64,000 nt of DNA, taken from the NCBI GenBank assembly GCA_017441705.1, contig JAFRWU010000039.1:182-64181 (forward strand). Direction: 5' to 3'. Shown here piece after piece: positions 26,036 through 34,399 of the stretch. Every line of letters begins with the position of its first letter. The stretch's first letter is position 1. The notes beneath the pieces are model-generated. The model was given only the letters and a program-made list of their open reading frames with translations. It made no database searches and had not been told where the DNA came from. The DNA comes from Clostridia bacterium (GTDB lineage Bacteria > Bacillota > Clostridia > Oscillospirales > QAMX01). Position numbers and translations under genes: made by a program.

Positions 26036-27331
26036 ATGACGAACGAATACAGACACTCGGTTTCCCTGGACCGCGACAAGTGCAAGGGATGCACCCATTG
26101 CCTGAAGCGCTGTCCCGTGGAGGCCATCCGTATCCGCGACGGAAAGGCGCAGATCAACGCCAACCGCTGCATCGACTGCGGCGTGTGCATCGACGTTTGT
26201 CCGAACAAGGCGAAAAAGGCCACCAGCGACAAGCTCGAGGATCTGAAGAAATTCAAATACACGGTGGCGCTTCCCGCCCCGTCGCTTTACGGCCAGTTCG
26301 ACAACCTCGACGACATCGATTACATCCTGCAGGGCCTTCTGGACCTGGGATTCGACGAGATCTACGAGGTGGCGCGCGCGGCCGAGGTGGTCAGCGGCAT
26401 GACCCGTCTCTACCTCAACCGCAAGGATATCGAAAAACCGGTGATCAGCTCGGCCTGTCCGGTGATCGTCCGTCTGATTTCCCTTCGATATCCCTATCTG
26501 TGTGAAAACATCCTGCCGATCCAGCCGCCCATCGATCTGGCGGCGGCCAGAGCGCGGGAACGCGCCCTGGAAAAGAACCCGGGTCTCAGGCCCGAGGACG
26601 TCGGCGTGGTTTTCATTTCTCCCTGCCCGGCCAAGGTGAGCTACATCAAAAACGGCCTGGGCGGCAAAAAATCGGACATCGATCTGGTGCTTTCCATGAG
26701 CGACGTCTATTTCGATCTGATCGGCGTGATGAAAAAACAGCTCACGCCCGAACCCATCTCCCGCACCGGCATGATCGGCGTCAGCTGGGCTTCGACGGGA
26801 GGAGAAGCGACCGCCATCTTCAACGACAAGTATCTGGCGGCCGACGGCATCGAAAACGTGATCCGCGTCCTGGAACAGATCGACAACGGCAATTTCCCTT
26901 ATCTGGAATTCATCGAGCTCAACGCCTGCAGCGGCGGGTGCGTGGGCGGCATGATGACGGTGGAGAATCCCTACATCGCCAAGGCGCGTCTCCAGACCCT
27001 GAAACGGTATCTGCCGGTTTCGGAAAACTGGGACTTCCGGGACGACGGGGAAAACTCCGATATCCCCGAAAAGTATTTCTCCGATCCGGTGAAATACGCG
27101 CCGGTGTCGGCGCTTTCGAGCAACATGTCGGAGGCCATGGAAAAAATGGCCCGGATCCAGGAGATCCACAAAACGCTTCCCGATATCGACTGCGGCTTCT
27201 GCGGATCGCCCACGTGCTACTGCTTCGCGGAGGACGTGGTGAAGGGCAACGCCGATATCTCGGAATGCGTGGTCATGATGCGCGAAAAGAAACAGAAGGC
27301 GGCAAAGGAAAAAAACCATGAAGATTCGTGA
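26036..27331 (+). CDS. HydS-like putative sensory [FeFe]-hydrogenase-domain protein (2x[4Fe-4S] + H-cluster-like domain + C-terminal Cys motif)
   Basis: Ferredoxin motifs CKGCTHCLKRCP and CIDCGVCIDVCP. H-cluster-like motifs SSACPVIV, SPCPAKVSY and ELNACSGGCVGG. C-terminal CGFCGSPTCYCF…C. Confidence 0.75.
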   Translation: MTNEYRHSVSLDRDKCKGCTHCLKRCPVEAIRIRDGKAQINANRCIDCGVCIDVCPNKAKKATSDKLEDLKKFKYTVALPAPSLYGQFDNLDDIDYILQGLLDLGFDEIYEVARAAEVVSGMTRLYLNRKDIEKPVISSACPVIVRLISLRYPYLCENILPIQPPIDLAAARARERALEKNPGLRPEDVGVVFISPCPAKVSYIKNGLGGKKSDIDLVLSMSDVYFDLIGVMKKQLTPEPISRTGMIGVSWASTGGEATAIFNDKYLAADGIENVIRVLEQIDNGNFPYLEFIELNACSGGCVGGMMTVENPYIAKARLQTLKRYLPVSENWDFRDDGENSDIPEKYFSDPVKYAPVSALSSNMSEAMEKMARIQEIHKTLPDIDCGFCGSPTCYCFAEDVVKGNADISECVVMMREKKQKAAKEKNHEDS

Positions 27332-27647
27332 ACTGGCGGAAAAAATGGACCTTGCGCCTCTCTCGCTCCCCGACGGGGACCGGGAGGTCGAAGGCTTCTA
27401 CGCGGGCGATCTTTTGAGCTGGGTCATGGGCCGCGCGAACGCGGGAAACGTCTGGTTTACCATCATGAGCAACGTCAACGTTCTGGCGGTGGCTTCTCTG
27501 GTGGATCTTTCGGCGGTGGTCCTCGCCGAGGGGGTGACCCTTTCGGACAAGGACGCCGCGTCGGCTCTGGAAAAGGGGATCAACGTCTTTACCAGCGAAA
27601 AGAGCACCTTTGAGCTCTGCGCTCTGGCCGGAGAACTCGCGAAATGA
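27318..27647 (+). CDS. DRTGG domain protein (copy 2)
   Basis: 109 aa: …GDLLSWVMGRANAGNVWFTIMSNVNVLAVASLVDLSAVVLAEG…. It overlaps both neighbouring genes. Confidence 0.65.
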   Translation: MKIRELAEKMDLAPLSLPDGDREVEGFYAGDLLSWVMGRANAGNVWFTIMSNVNVLAVASLVDLSAVVLAEGVTLSDKDAASALEKGINVFTSEKSTFELCALAGELAK

Positions 27648-28369
27648 ACGTCGCGTGCGACCTGCATCTGCACTCCTGTCTCTCGCCCTGCGGCGACAAC
27701 GACATGACCCCCGCGAACATCGCAGGCATGGCGTCTCTCAAAGGGCTGGGGATCGCGGCGCTGACTGATCACAACACGTCGAAGAACTGCCCCGCTTTTT
27801 TCAGGGCCTGCGAAAGGCTCGGGATCCTTCCCGTCGCGGGGATGGAGATGACCACGGCGGAGGATATCCACGTGATCGCGCTGTTTCCCGACCTGGCTTC
27901 GGCCATGGACTTCGACCGGTACGTGGACACCCGCAGGATCCGCATCAAAAACCGCCCCGGGATCTTCGGGGAGCAGCGGATCATGGATGAAGACGACAAC
28001 GTCGTGGGGGAGGAAGAGGACCTTCTGATCAACGCCCTCTCGATGGATCTGGAGGAGACCGTCGGAAAGGCGCGGGCTTACGGCGCGCTGGCTTACCCGG
28101 CGCACATCGACAAGGAAGCGAACGGGATCCTGGCGACCCTGGGATTTATTCCGGAGGAGCCGAAATTCTCCTGCTACGAATTCCACGACCGGAAAAACGC
28201 GGAACCCTACCGGGAAAAATACCGTCTCGGCAGCGCGAAATTCATCTTTTCCTCCGACGCCCACTATCTGTGGGATATCGCGGAAGGGGAGGACGCCATG
28301 CGCGCGGAGTGCCCGGAGACGGGCGGCGCGGACGAAAGACGCCGCGCGGTTCTGGAGGCGTTTTTATGA
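27644..28369 (+). CDS. PHP-domain phosphoesterase
   Basis: N-terminus CDLHLHSCLSPCGDNDM, then TDHN and an HID motif. ATGA overlaps on both sides. Confidence 0.75.
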   Translation: MNVACDLHLHSCLSPCGDNDMTPANIAGMASLKGLGIAALTDHNTSKNCPAFFRACERLGILPVAGMEMTTAEDIHVIALFPDLASAMDFDRYVDTRRIRIKNRPGIFGEQRIMDEDDNVVGEEEDLLINALSMDLEETVGKARAYGALAYPAHIDKEANGILATLGFIPEEPKFSCYEFHDRKNAEPYREKYRLGSAKFIFSSDAHYLWDIAEGEDAMRAECPETGGADERRRAVLEAFL

Positions 28370-28929
28370 AAGAGCTTTCCCTGAACATTCTGGATATCGC
28401 GCAGAACTCGGTGAAGGCCGGGGCGCGCCATATCGGGATCCACGTCAAGGAGGAAGGCCCGGAACTCAGCTTTGAAATCGTGGACGACGGCTGCGGCATG
28501 AAGCCGGAGCAGGTCGAAAAGCTGGTGGATCCGTTCTTTACCACGCGCACCACCCGCAAGGTGGGCCTCGGCATTCCCTTTCTGAAGCTGGCGGCGGAGC
28601 AGTCCGGCGGCCGGATCGAGGTGGAAAGCCGGAGCCGGGAGGATTTCCCGGACGACCCCGGGACGCGGGTCTTCGCTCTGTTTTACAAAGACAGCATCGA
28701 TTATACTCCCATGGGCGATATCGCCTCGACCCTCGTTTCCCTGATCCAGGGAGCCGACGGGATCGATTACGACTTCACCTGGGAAAACGAATCCGGCTCC
28801 GCGGGGCTCTCGACCGCTGAAATGCGGGAGCTTCTGGGAGACGACGTAGCGCTCTCCTCGCCCGAGGTCCTTGCCTGGGCGGGTGAATATATCAGCGAGC
28901 AACTGGAAGAAATCAACGCAAATCAGTAA
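28366..28929 (+). CDS. HATPase_c (GHKL) ATP-binding protein, histidine-kinase-like
   Basis: MKELSLNILDIAQNSVKAGA…DDGCGM…FFTTRTTRKVGLGIPFLK (N, G1 and G2 boxes). Start chosen at the ATGA overlap with the PHP gene. Confidence 0.75.
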   Translation: MKELSLNILDIAQNSVKAGARHIGIHVKEEGPELSFEIVDDGCGMKPEQVEKLVDPFFTTRTTRKVGLGIPFLKLAAEQSGGRIEVESRSREDFPDDPGTRVFALFYKDSIDYTPMGDIASTLVSLIQGADGIDYDFTWENESGSAGLSTAEMRELLGDDVALSSPEVLAWAGEYISEQLEEINANQ

Positions 28930-28950
28930 GAAAAAGGAAGGAACGAAGCT

Positions 28951-29316
28951 ATGAAATCTTTGGAAGAACTTGCCGCGATCAGAGACAGAATGAAAAACCG
29001 CGTGGTTCTCAGGGAAGGCAGCGGGGAGACCCGCGTCGTGGTCGGCATGGCCACCTGCGGCATCGCCGCCGGCGCCCGTCCGGTCCTGAACGCCTTTGTG
29101 GAGCAGGTCGCGAACGAAAACCTCTCCGACCGCGTCACCGTCACCCAGACCGGCTGCATCGGCATCTGCCAGTACGAGCCGGTGGTGGAGGTCTTCGAGG
29201 CCGGCAAGGAAAAGGTGACCTACGTCAAGATGACCGCTGAAAAAGCGAAGCGCGTTGTCGAAGAGCATCTTAAGGGCGGCAAGCCCGTTGCTGAATATAC
29301 CATCGGCAACAACTAA
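28951..29316 (+). CDS. Thioredoxin-like [2Fe-2S] ferredoxin (HydD-like small subunit)
   Basis: VVGMATCGIAAGA … QTGCIGICQYEPVV. Confidence 0.8.
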   Translation: MKSLEELAAIRDRMKNRVVLREGSGETRVVVGMATCGIAAGARPVLNAFVEQVANENLSDRVTVTQTGCIGICQYEPVVEVFEAGKEKVTYVKMTAEKAKRVVEEHLKGGKPVAEYTIGNN

Positions 29317-29338
29317 GGAAAGGGTTGGGTAAAAACTT

Positions 29339-31138
29339 ATGATTCGTACACACGTACTGGTTTGCGGCGGTACCGGCTGTACCTCCTCTGATTCTCCGGC
29401 GATCCGCGCGGCAATGGAGAAGGAGATCGAGGCCAGAGGACTTGCTGAAGAAGTAAAGGTCGTCCAGACCGGCTGCTTCGGCCTCTGCGCGCTCGGCCCC
29501 ATCATGATCATCTATCCCGACGGCACCTTCTACAGCCGCGTCACCGTGGCCGACGTCCCCGAAATCGTCGAAGAGCATCTGCTCAAGGGCCGCCCGGTGC
29601 AGAGACTCGTCTACAACGATACCGGCGACGGTCAGAAGGCCGAAGGCCCGGTTTCCCTCAATGAAACCGGATTCTACAAGAAGCAGCTTCGCCTGGCGCT
29701 TCGCAACTGCGGCGTCATCAACCCCGAAGTCATCGACGAGTACATCGCCATGGACGGCTACGCCGCTCTGGGCAAGGTCCTCACCGAAATGACCCCGAAG
29801 GAAGTCATCGACCTGGTGCTGGCCAGCGGTCTGCGCGGCAGAGGCGGCGCGGGCTTCCCGACCGGCCGGAAATGGCTCTTCGCCGCCGGCGGCGAACCGG
29901 GCACCAAGAAATACGTGGTCTGCAACGCCGACGAGGGCGACCCGGGCGCGTTCATGGACCGTTCGGTTCTGGAAGGCGACCCCCACGCCGTGATCGAGGC
30001 CATGGCCATCGCCGCTTACGCCATCGGCGCCGACGAGGGTTACGTTTACGTCCGCGCCGAATATCCCATCGCGGTCAAGCGTCTCTCCATCGCCATCGCT
30101 CAGGCGCGTGAATACGGCCTGCTCGGCAAGAACATCTTCGGGACCGATTTCAACTTCGATATCACGATCCGTCTCGGCGCCGGCGCTTTCGTCTGCGGCG
30201 AAGAGACCGCTCTTCTGACCTCCATCGAAGGCAACCGCGGCGAACCGCGTCCGCGTCCTCCGTTCCCGGCGGTCAAGGGCCTGTTCGGACAGCCGACCAT
30301 CATCAACAACGTGGAAACCTACGCCAACATCCCGCAGATCATCCTCAAGGGCGCCGAATGGTTCAGCAGCATCGGCAGCGAGAAATCCAAGGGCACCAAG
30401 GTCTTCGCGCTGGGCGGCAAGATCAATCACACCGGCCTGGTGGAAGTTCCCATGGGCACCCCGCTCTCCACGATCATTTACGACATCGGCGGCGGCATCC
30501 CCAACGGCAAGAAGTTCAAGGCTGCGCAGACCGGCGGTCCTTCCGGCGGCTGCATCCCCGCATCCCTGATCGACACCCCCGTGGATTACGAATCCCTCAC
30601 CGCCATCGGCTCCATGATGGGATCGGGCGGACTGATCGTCATGGACGAAGACAACTGCATGGTGGATATCGCCAAGTTCTTCCTGACCTTTACGGTGGAC
30701 GAATCCTGCGGCAAGTGCACCCCCTGCCGTGAAGGCACCAGAAGGATGCTGGAGATCCTGGAACGGATCACCGACGGCAGAGGCGAGGAAGGCGACATCG
30801 AGCGTCTGGAAGCTCTGGCCAAGACCATCAAGGCCACCGCTCTCTGCGGCCTCGGTCAGACCGCTCCGAACCCGGTGCTTTCCACCATCCGTTACTTCCG
30901 CGACGAATACGAAGCCCACATCCGCGAGAAGAGATGCCCGGCGCACGTGTGCCAGAAGCTCGCCCGCTACGAGATCGATCCCGAAAAGTGCAAGGGCTGC
31001 TCCGCCTGCTCCAGAAAGTGCCCGGTCGGCGCTATCAGCGGCCAGCTCAAGTCTCCCTTCGTCATCGATCAGACCAAGTGCATCAAGTGCGGGACCTGCA
31101 TCGACACCTGCAAGTTCGGCGCCATCTCGAAAAACTAA
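29339..31138 (+). CDS. hydB: NuoF-like NADH/FMN-binding subunit of [FeFe] hydrogenase
   Basis: GRGGAGFPTGRKW, an FMN/NADH-binding region, ESCGKCTPCREG, and C-terminal 2x[4Fe-4S] motifs (CKGCSACSRKCP, CIKCGTCIDTC). Confidence 0.93.
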   Translation: MIRTHVLVCGGTGCTSSDSPAIRAAMEKEIEARGLAEEVKVVQTGCFGLCALGPIMIIYPDGTFYSRVTVADVPEIVEEHLLKGRPVQRLVYNDTGDGQKAEGPVSLNETGFYKKQLRLALRNCGVINPEVIDEYIAMDGYAALGKVLTEMTPKEVIDLVLASGLRGRGGAGFPTGRKWLFAAGGEPGTKKYVVCNADEGDPGAFMDRSVLEGDPHAVIEAMAIAAYAIGADEGYVYVRAEYPIAVKRLSIAIAQAREYGLLGKNIFGTDFNFDITIRLGAGAFVCGEETALLTSIEGNRGEPRPRPPFPAVKGLFGQPTIINNVETYANIPQIILKGAEWFSSIGSEKSKGTKVFALGGKINHTGLVEVPMGTPLSTIIYDIGGGIPNGKKFKAAQTGGPSGGCIPASLIDTPVDYESLTAIGSMMGSGGLIVMDEDNCMVDIAKFFLTFTVDESCGKCTPCREGTRRMLEILERITDGRGEEGDIERLEALAKTIKATALCGLGQTAPNPVLSTIRYFRDEYEAHIREKRCPAHVCQKLARYEIDPEKCKGCSACSRKCPVGAISGQLKSPFVIDQTKCIKCGTCIDTCKFGAISKN

Positions 31139-31155
31139 AGAGGGGAAATGAAAGA

Positions 31156-32910
31156 ATGGATATGATCACTCTTACCATCGACGGCATTCAGGTAAGCGTC
31201 CCCGCCGGCTCGACCGTTCTCGAGGCTGCGAGAGCTGCCAACGTCAATATACCCACGCTCTGTTATCTGCCCGAAGTGCAGCAGATCGGCGCCTGCCGTC
31301 TGTGCCTGGTGGAAGCCACCGGCACCAGAGGCTTCGGCGCGGCCTGCGTGCTGCCCGCCACTGACGGCATGGTCGTCAAGACCAACACGCCGGAGATCCG
31401 GGAGCAGAGAAAGATCAACCTGGAGCTGCTGCTCGCCAACCACAACCGCGAATGCACCTCCTGCATCCGCAGCGAGAACTGCGAATTCCAGGCGCTCTGC
31501 CGCGAATACGGCGTGGACGGCTATCCCTTCGACGGCGTGAAGACCCCGACGACCATCGACGAGGTCTCCTACTCCATCGTCCGCGACAACTCCAAGTGCA
31601 TCAAGTGCCGCCGCTGCGTCGCCACCTGCAACAAGATCCAGAAGATCGGCGCCATCGGCGCTTCGAAGCGCGGCTTCAACACCACCATCGGTTCGGTCTT
31701 CGGCAGAAGCCTTGCCGACAGCCCCTGCGTCAACTGCGGACAGTGCATCCTGGCCTGCCCCACCGGTGCTCTGCATGAAAAAGAGAGCATCCAGGAAGTC
31801 TGGGAAGCCATCGGCGATCCCGCGAAGCACGTGGTCGTGCAGCCGGCTCCGGCCGTCCGCGCCACCCTGGGCGAAGAGTTCGGCCTTCCCATGGGCACTC
31901 CGGTCACCGGAAAGCTTGCCGCCGCTCTCAAGAGACTCGGCTTCGACAAGGTGTTCGACACCAACTACGGCGCCGACCTCACCATCATCGAAGAGGGCAA
32001 CGAATTCATCTCCCGCCTGAAGGATCCGAACGCGGTCCTGCCGATGATCACCTCCTGCTCGCCGGGCTGGATCAAGTACTGCGAAACCTTCTTCCCCGAA
32101 TTCATCCCGAATCTTTCCTCCTGCAAGTCGCCTCACGAAATGCTGGGCGCCATGATCAAGAGCTACTACGCCGAAAAGGCGGGCATCGATCCGAAGGATA
32201 TCTTCGTGGTCTCGGTCATGCCCTGCACGGCCAAGAAGTTCGAGGCCAAGAGAGCCGAGCTTGCCAACGTCGACGGACTTCCCGACGTGGACGCCGTCCT
32301 TACGGTCCGTGAGCTCGCCCGCATGATCAAGCAGGCCGGCATCGATTTCGCCCGTCTCCCGGACGAGGACTTCGATTCCTTCTTCGGCGCCTCCTCCGGC
32401 GCGGCCGATATCTTCGGCGCGACCGGCGGCGTTATGGAAGCGGCTCTCCGGACGGTGTACGAGATCGTCACCGGCAAGACCCTCGAGGACGTGAACTTCA
32501 CCGCGGTGCGCGGTATCGAAGGCGTCAAAGAGGCTGAGGTCGACGTGGACGGCACCATCGTGAAGGTCGCCGTGGCCAACGGCACCGGCAACGCGGAGAA
32601 GCTCCTCAACGCGGTCAAGAGCGGCGAGAAGCAGTATCACTTCATCGAGGTCATGGGCTGCCCGGGCGGATGCGTCTGCGGCGGCGGCACCCCGATCGTC
32701 TCCTCCAAGGATCGCGCCTATCTCAACGTCAAGGCGGAAAGAGCGAAGGCCCTTTACCGGATCGACGCCGACAAGGCGGTCCGCAAATCCCACGAGAACT
32801 CCTCGGTCATGGCGCTTTACGGCGAAGGCTCCTACCTCGGCGAGCCCAACGGCCACAGAGCGCATGAGCTTCTGCATACCCACTACGCTCCGCGCAAGAA
32901 GTACGAATAA
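31156..32910 (+). CDS. hydA: [FeFe] hydrogenase catalytic subunit (group A3-like architecture)
   Basis: N-terminal 2Fe-2S plus His-ligated and 2x[4Fe-4S] domains. H-cluster motifs MPCTAKKFE and EVMGCPGGCVCGGG, but L1 reads TSCSPGW. ATG 31156 follows AGGGGAAA. Confidence 0.9.
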   Translation: MDMITLTIDGIQVSVPAGSTVLEAARAANVNIPTLCYLPEVQQIGACRLCLVEATGTRGFGAACVLPATDGMVVKTNTPEIREQRKINLELLLANHNRECTSCIRSENCEFQALCREYGVDGYPFDGVKTPTTIDEVSYSIVRDNSKCIKCRRCVATCNKIQKIGAIGASKRGFNTTIGSVFGRSLADSPCVNCGQCILACPTGALHEKESIQEVWEAIGDPAKHVVVQPAPAVRATLGEEFGLPMGTPVTGKLAAALKRLGFDKVFDTNYGADLTIIEEGNEFISRLKDPNAVLPMITSCSPGWIKYCETFFPEFIPNLSSCKSPHEMLGAMIKSYYAEKAGIDPKDIFVVSVMPCTAKKFEAKRAELANVDGLPDVDAVLTVRELARMIKQAGIDFARLPDEDFDSFFGASSGAADIFGATGGVMEAALRTVYEIVTGKTLEDVNFTAVRGIEGVKEAEVDVDGTIVKVAVANGTGNAEKLLNAVKSGEKQYHFIEVMGCPGGCVCGGGTPIVSSKDRAYLNVKAERAKALYRIDADKAVRKSHENSSVMALYGEGSYLGEPNGHRAHELLHTHYAPRKKYE

Positions 32911-32925
32911 GTTCCTTCCTTCCAG

Positions 32926-32969
32926 AATACCCCCCCGGCCGGATCGAAACCGATCCGGCCGGGGGTTTT
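32926..32969. repeat. Direct repeat copy 1 (hairpin terminator after hydA)
   Basis: CCCCCGGCCGGATCGAAACCGATCCGGCCGGGGGTTTT at 32932-32969 is identical to 34283-34320. It is preceded by AATAC in both copies; copy 1 has two extra C. Confidence 0.9.
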
Positions 32970-32988
32970 CATGTGTTTCGTATGAGAA

Positions 32989-33525
32989 TCAGTCGGTGAT
33001 TTTGAAGATCTTCGTCACGGACTTTTTGTTGAGACTGATGAATTCCTTTACTTCGATCTCCACGTCGCTTTCGGCATCGTTCAATTCATAAGCGACCTCG
33101 ACATCGAGAGTTACGCCGGTACGGATTTCTTTCGTTTGATTATCTGAACTGTATTTTGCGGCGTCGTCGACAAAATAGGATTTATTCAGTCCGACTCCGT
33201 TTTGATATGCTTCATCGTCCAAAGCAATCATAAAGCTGATGGCGTTTTCCCCGTTGTTGGTGAAGCCATAGGTTACGATTATAACAGGTTTGCCTTCGAA
33301 ATCCTCAGCAAGGCGGGAACTCTTGATTTCCACCTTGTAATTCCCGAGAATGCCAACACCCTCTTCATCAGGCGCTTCTGGCTTGGATGCTTTATCCTGG
33401 GAAGATGAGTTGTTGTTTGAAGAAGCGGAATTGTCTGAGGTATCGCTTGAATTACTGGCGACAGCCATCAGGGTGAACAGAGCGACGATCAGGATCGTCA
33501 AAATGACCCGAACGGTTTTCTTCAT
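32989..33525 (-). CDS. Secreted/anchored DUF5067/DUF4352-like protein
   Basis: Signal-anchor MKKTVRVILTILIVALFTLMAVA, a Ser/Asn-rich linker, then a beta-rich domain (…GKPVIIVTYGFTNNGENAISF…). GGAGGA lies 9 nt upstream. No lipobox Cys. Confidence 0.6.
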   Translation of the reverse strand: MKKTVRVILTILIVALFTLMAVASNSSDTSDNSASSNNNSSSQDKASKPEAPDEEGVGILGNYKVEIKSSRLAEDFEGKPVIIVTYGFTNNGENAISFMIALDDEAYQNGVGLNKSYFVDDAAKYSSDNQTKEIRTGVTLDVEVAYELNDAESDVEIEVKEFISLNKKSVTKIFKITD

Positions 33526-33919
33526 GACGTGTTTTCCTCCAAACGTATAATATCAATACGGCGATCAATCCCGCCGCGGGATACATGATGATGTCCCCGA
33601 AATCAAAAGTTCCGGGTATTATACCGAGCCGCTGAAAGACTTCGTAAGCAAAACCAATGCCCGACGATAACAAGAAAGACACGGAAACAAGTTTCCAAAG
33701 AAGATACAGAGAGAAGAACATGGCATATGCCCAAAGAAAATCTGCCATATAGTACCGAATCACCCGGGCAATATGGGAGGATCCCGGGAGCAGGAAGGGA
33801 AACGCAAGGGACATATGAAGCTTCATGGGATCATCCTGATACAGGAAAACGTACAAACATCCACCCGCAAACAGAGAGACAAAGCACTGATACAAACAGA
33901 AAAGGTTCGTTTTCTTCAT
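33452..33919 (-). CDS. Small multi-pass membrane protein (VanZ/DUF2809-like, tentative)
   Basis: About four hydrophobic segments. The C-terminal motif GTFDFGDIIMYPAAGLIAVLI resembles VanZ-like proteins. Its 3' end overlaps the downstream gene by 74 nt. Confidence 0.45.
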   Translation of the reverse strand: MKKTNLFCLYQCFVSLFAGGCLYVFLYQDDPMKLHMSLAFPFLLPGSSHIARVIRYYMADFLWAYAMFFSLYLLWKLVSVSFLLSSGIGFAYEVFQRLGIIPGTFDFGDIIMYPAAGLIAVLILYVWRKTRHEENRSGHFDDPDRRSVHPDGCRQ

Positions 33920-34037
33920 AAGCAGCCCGTTTCCTTGAGAATAGAAACATAATAACACAAATGTGTTCGTATGTCAACATATGTATTCAATCAACGACGG
34001 GGAATAAAATACAATATCTCCATGGGAGGGGATATGT

Positions 34038-34277
34038 ATGGCGATGATCTATTTGGACCCTGTCGTTGTCGGCGATGTAATTGCAGAATTCCGGAAGAGC
34101 AAAGGCTTGTCACAGGAAGTTGTCAGCGGCTTTGCCGATATTGGAAGAACGCATTTGAGCGCGATCGAAAGAGGAGAACGGAAACCGACGCTGGAAACGC
34201 TTTTCAGGATCAGCCGTGCGATAAGGGTGCCTATGGCGGATATCGTGCGGGAGATTGAAAAAAGAATACAAGATTGA
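34038..34277 (+). CDS. XRE-family helix-turn-helix transcriptional regulator
   Basis: 79 aa with the HTH_3 pattern FRKSKGLSQEVVSGFADIGRTHLSAIERGERKPTLETLFRISRAI. It is divergent from the membrane-protein gene. Confidence 0.85.
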   Translation: MAMIYLDPVVVGDVIAEFRKSKGLSQEVVSGFADIGRTHLSAIERGERKPTLETLFRISRAIRVPMADIVREIEKRIQD

Positions 34278-34278
34278 A

Positions 34279-34320
34279 AATACCCCCGGCCGGATCGAAA
34301 CCGATCCGGCCGGGGGTTTT
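34279..34320. repeat. Direct repeat copy 2 (hairpin terminator after the XRE gene)
   Basis: 34283-34320 is identical to 32932-32969. Confidence 0.9.
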
Positions 34321-34399
34321 GCGGAGGCCTTCCGAAACGCTGCGGGAGCCTCTCCGCGGGCTTTGCCGCCGCTCATGCAGCGGATATGCCGCTGTTGTC

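Larger units (their letters stand above)
32970..34282. other. AT-rich three-gene cassette bracketed by the duplicated terminator
   Basis: G+C is visibly lower (one hand-counted line gave 38%). The cassette lies exactly between two identical 38-bp repeats. Confidence 0.6.

Noticed and set aside
33452-33525. The 74-nt overlap between the membrane-protein and DUF5067-like genes as evidence of a frameshift or pseudogene.
   Set aside because: Both ORFs are intact. The downstream start has a strong GGAGGA RBS at proper spacing, and the overlap only adds a charged tail to the upstream protein. An assembly indel cannot be excluded but is not required.
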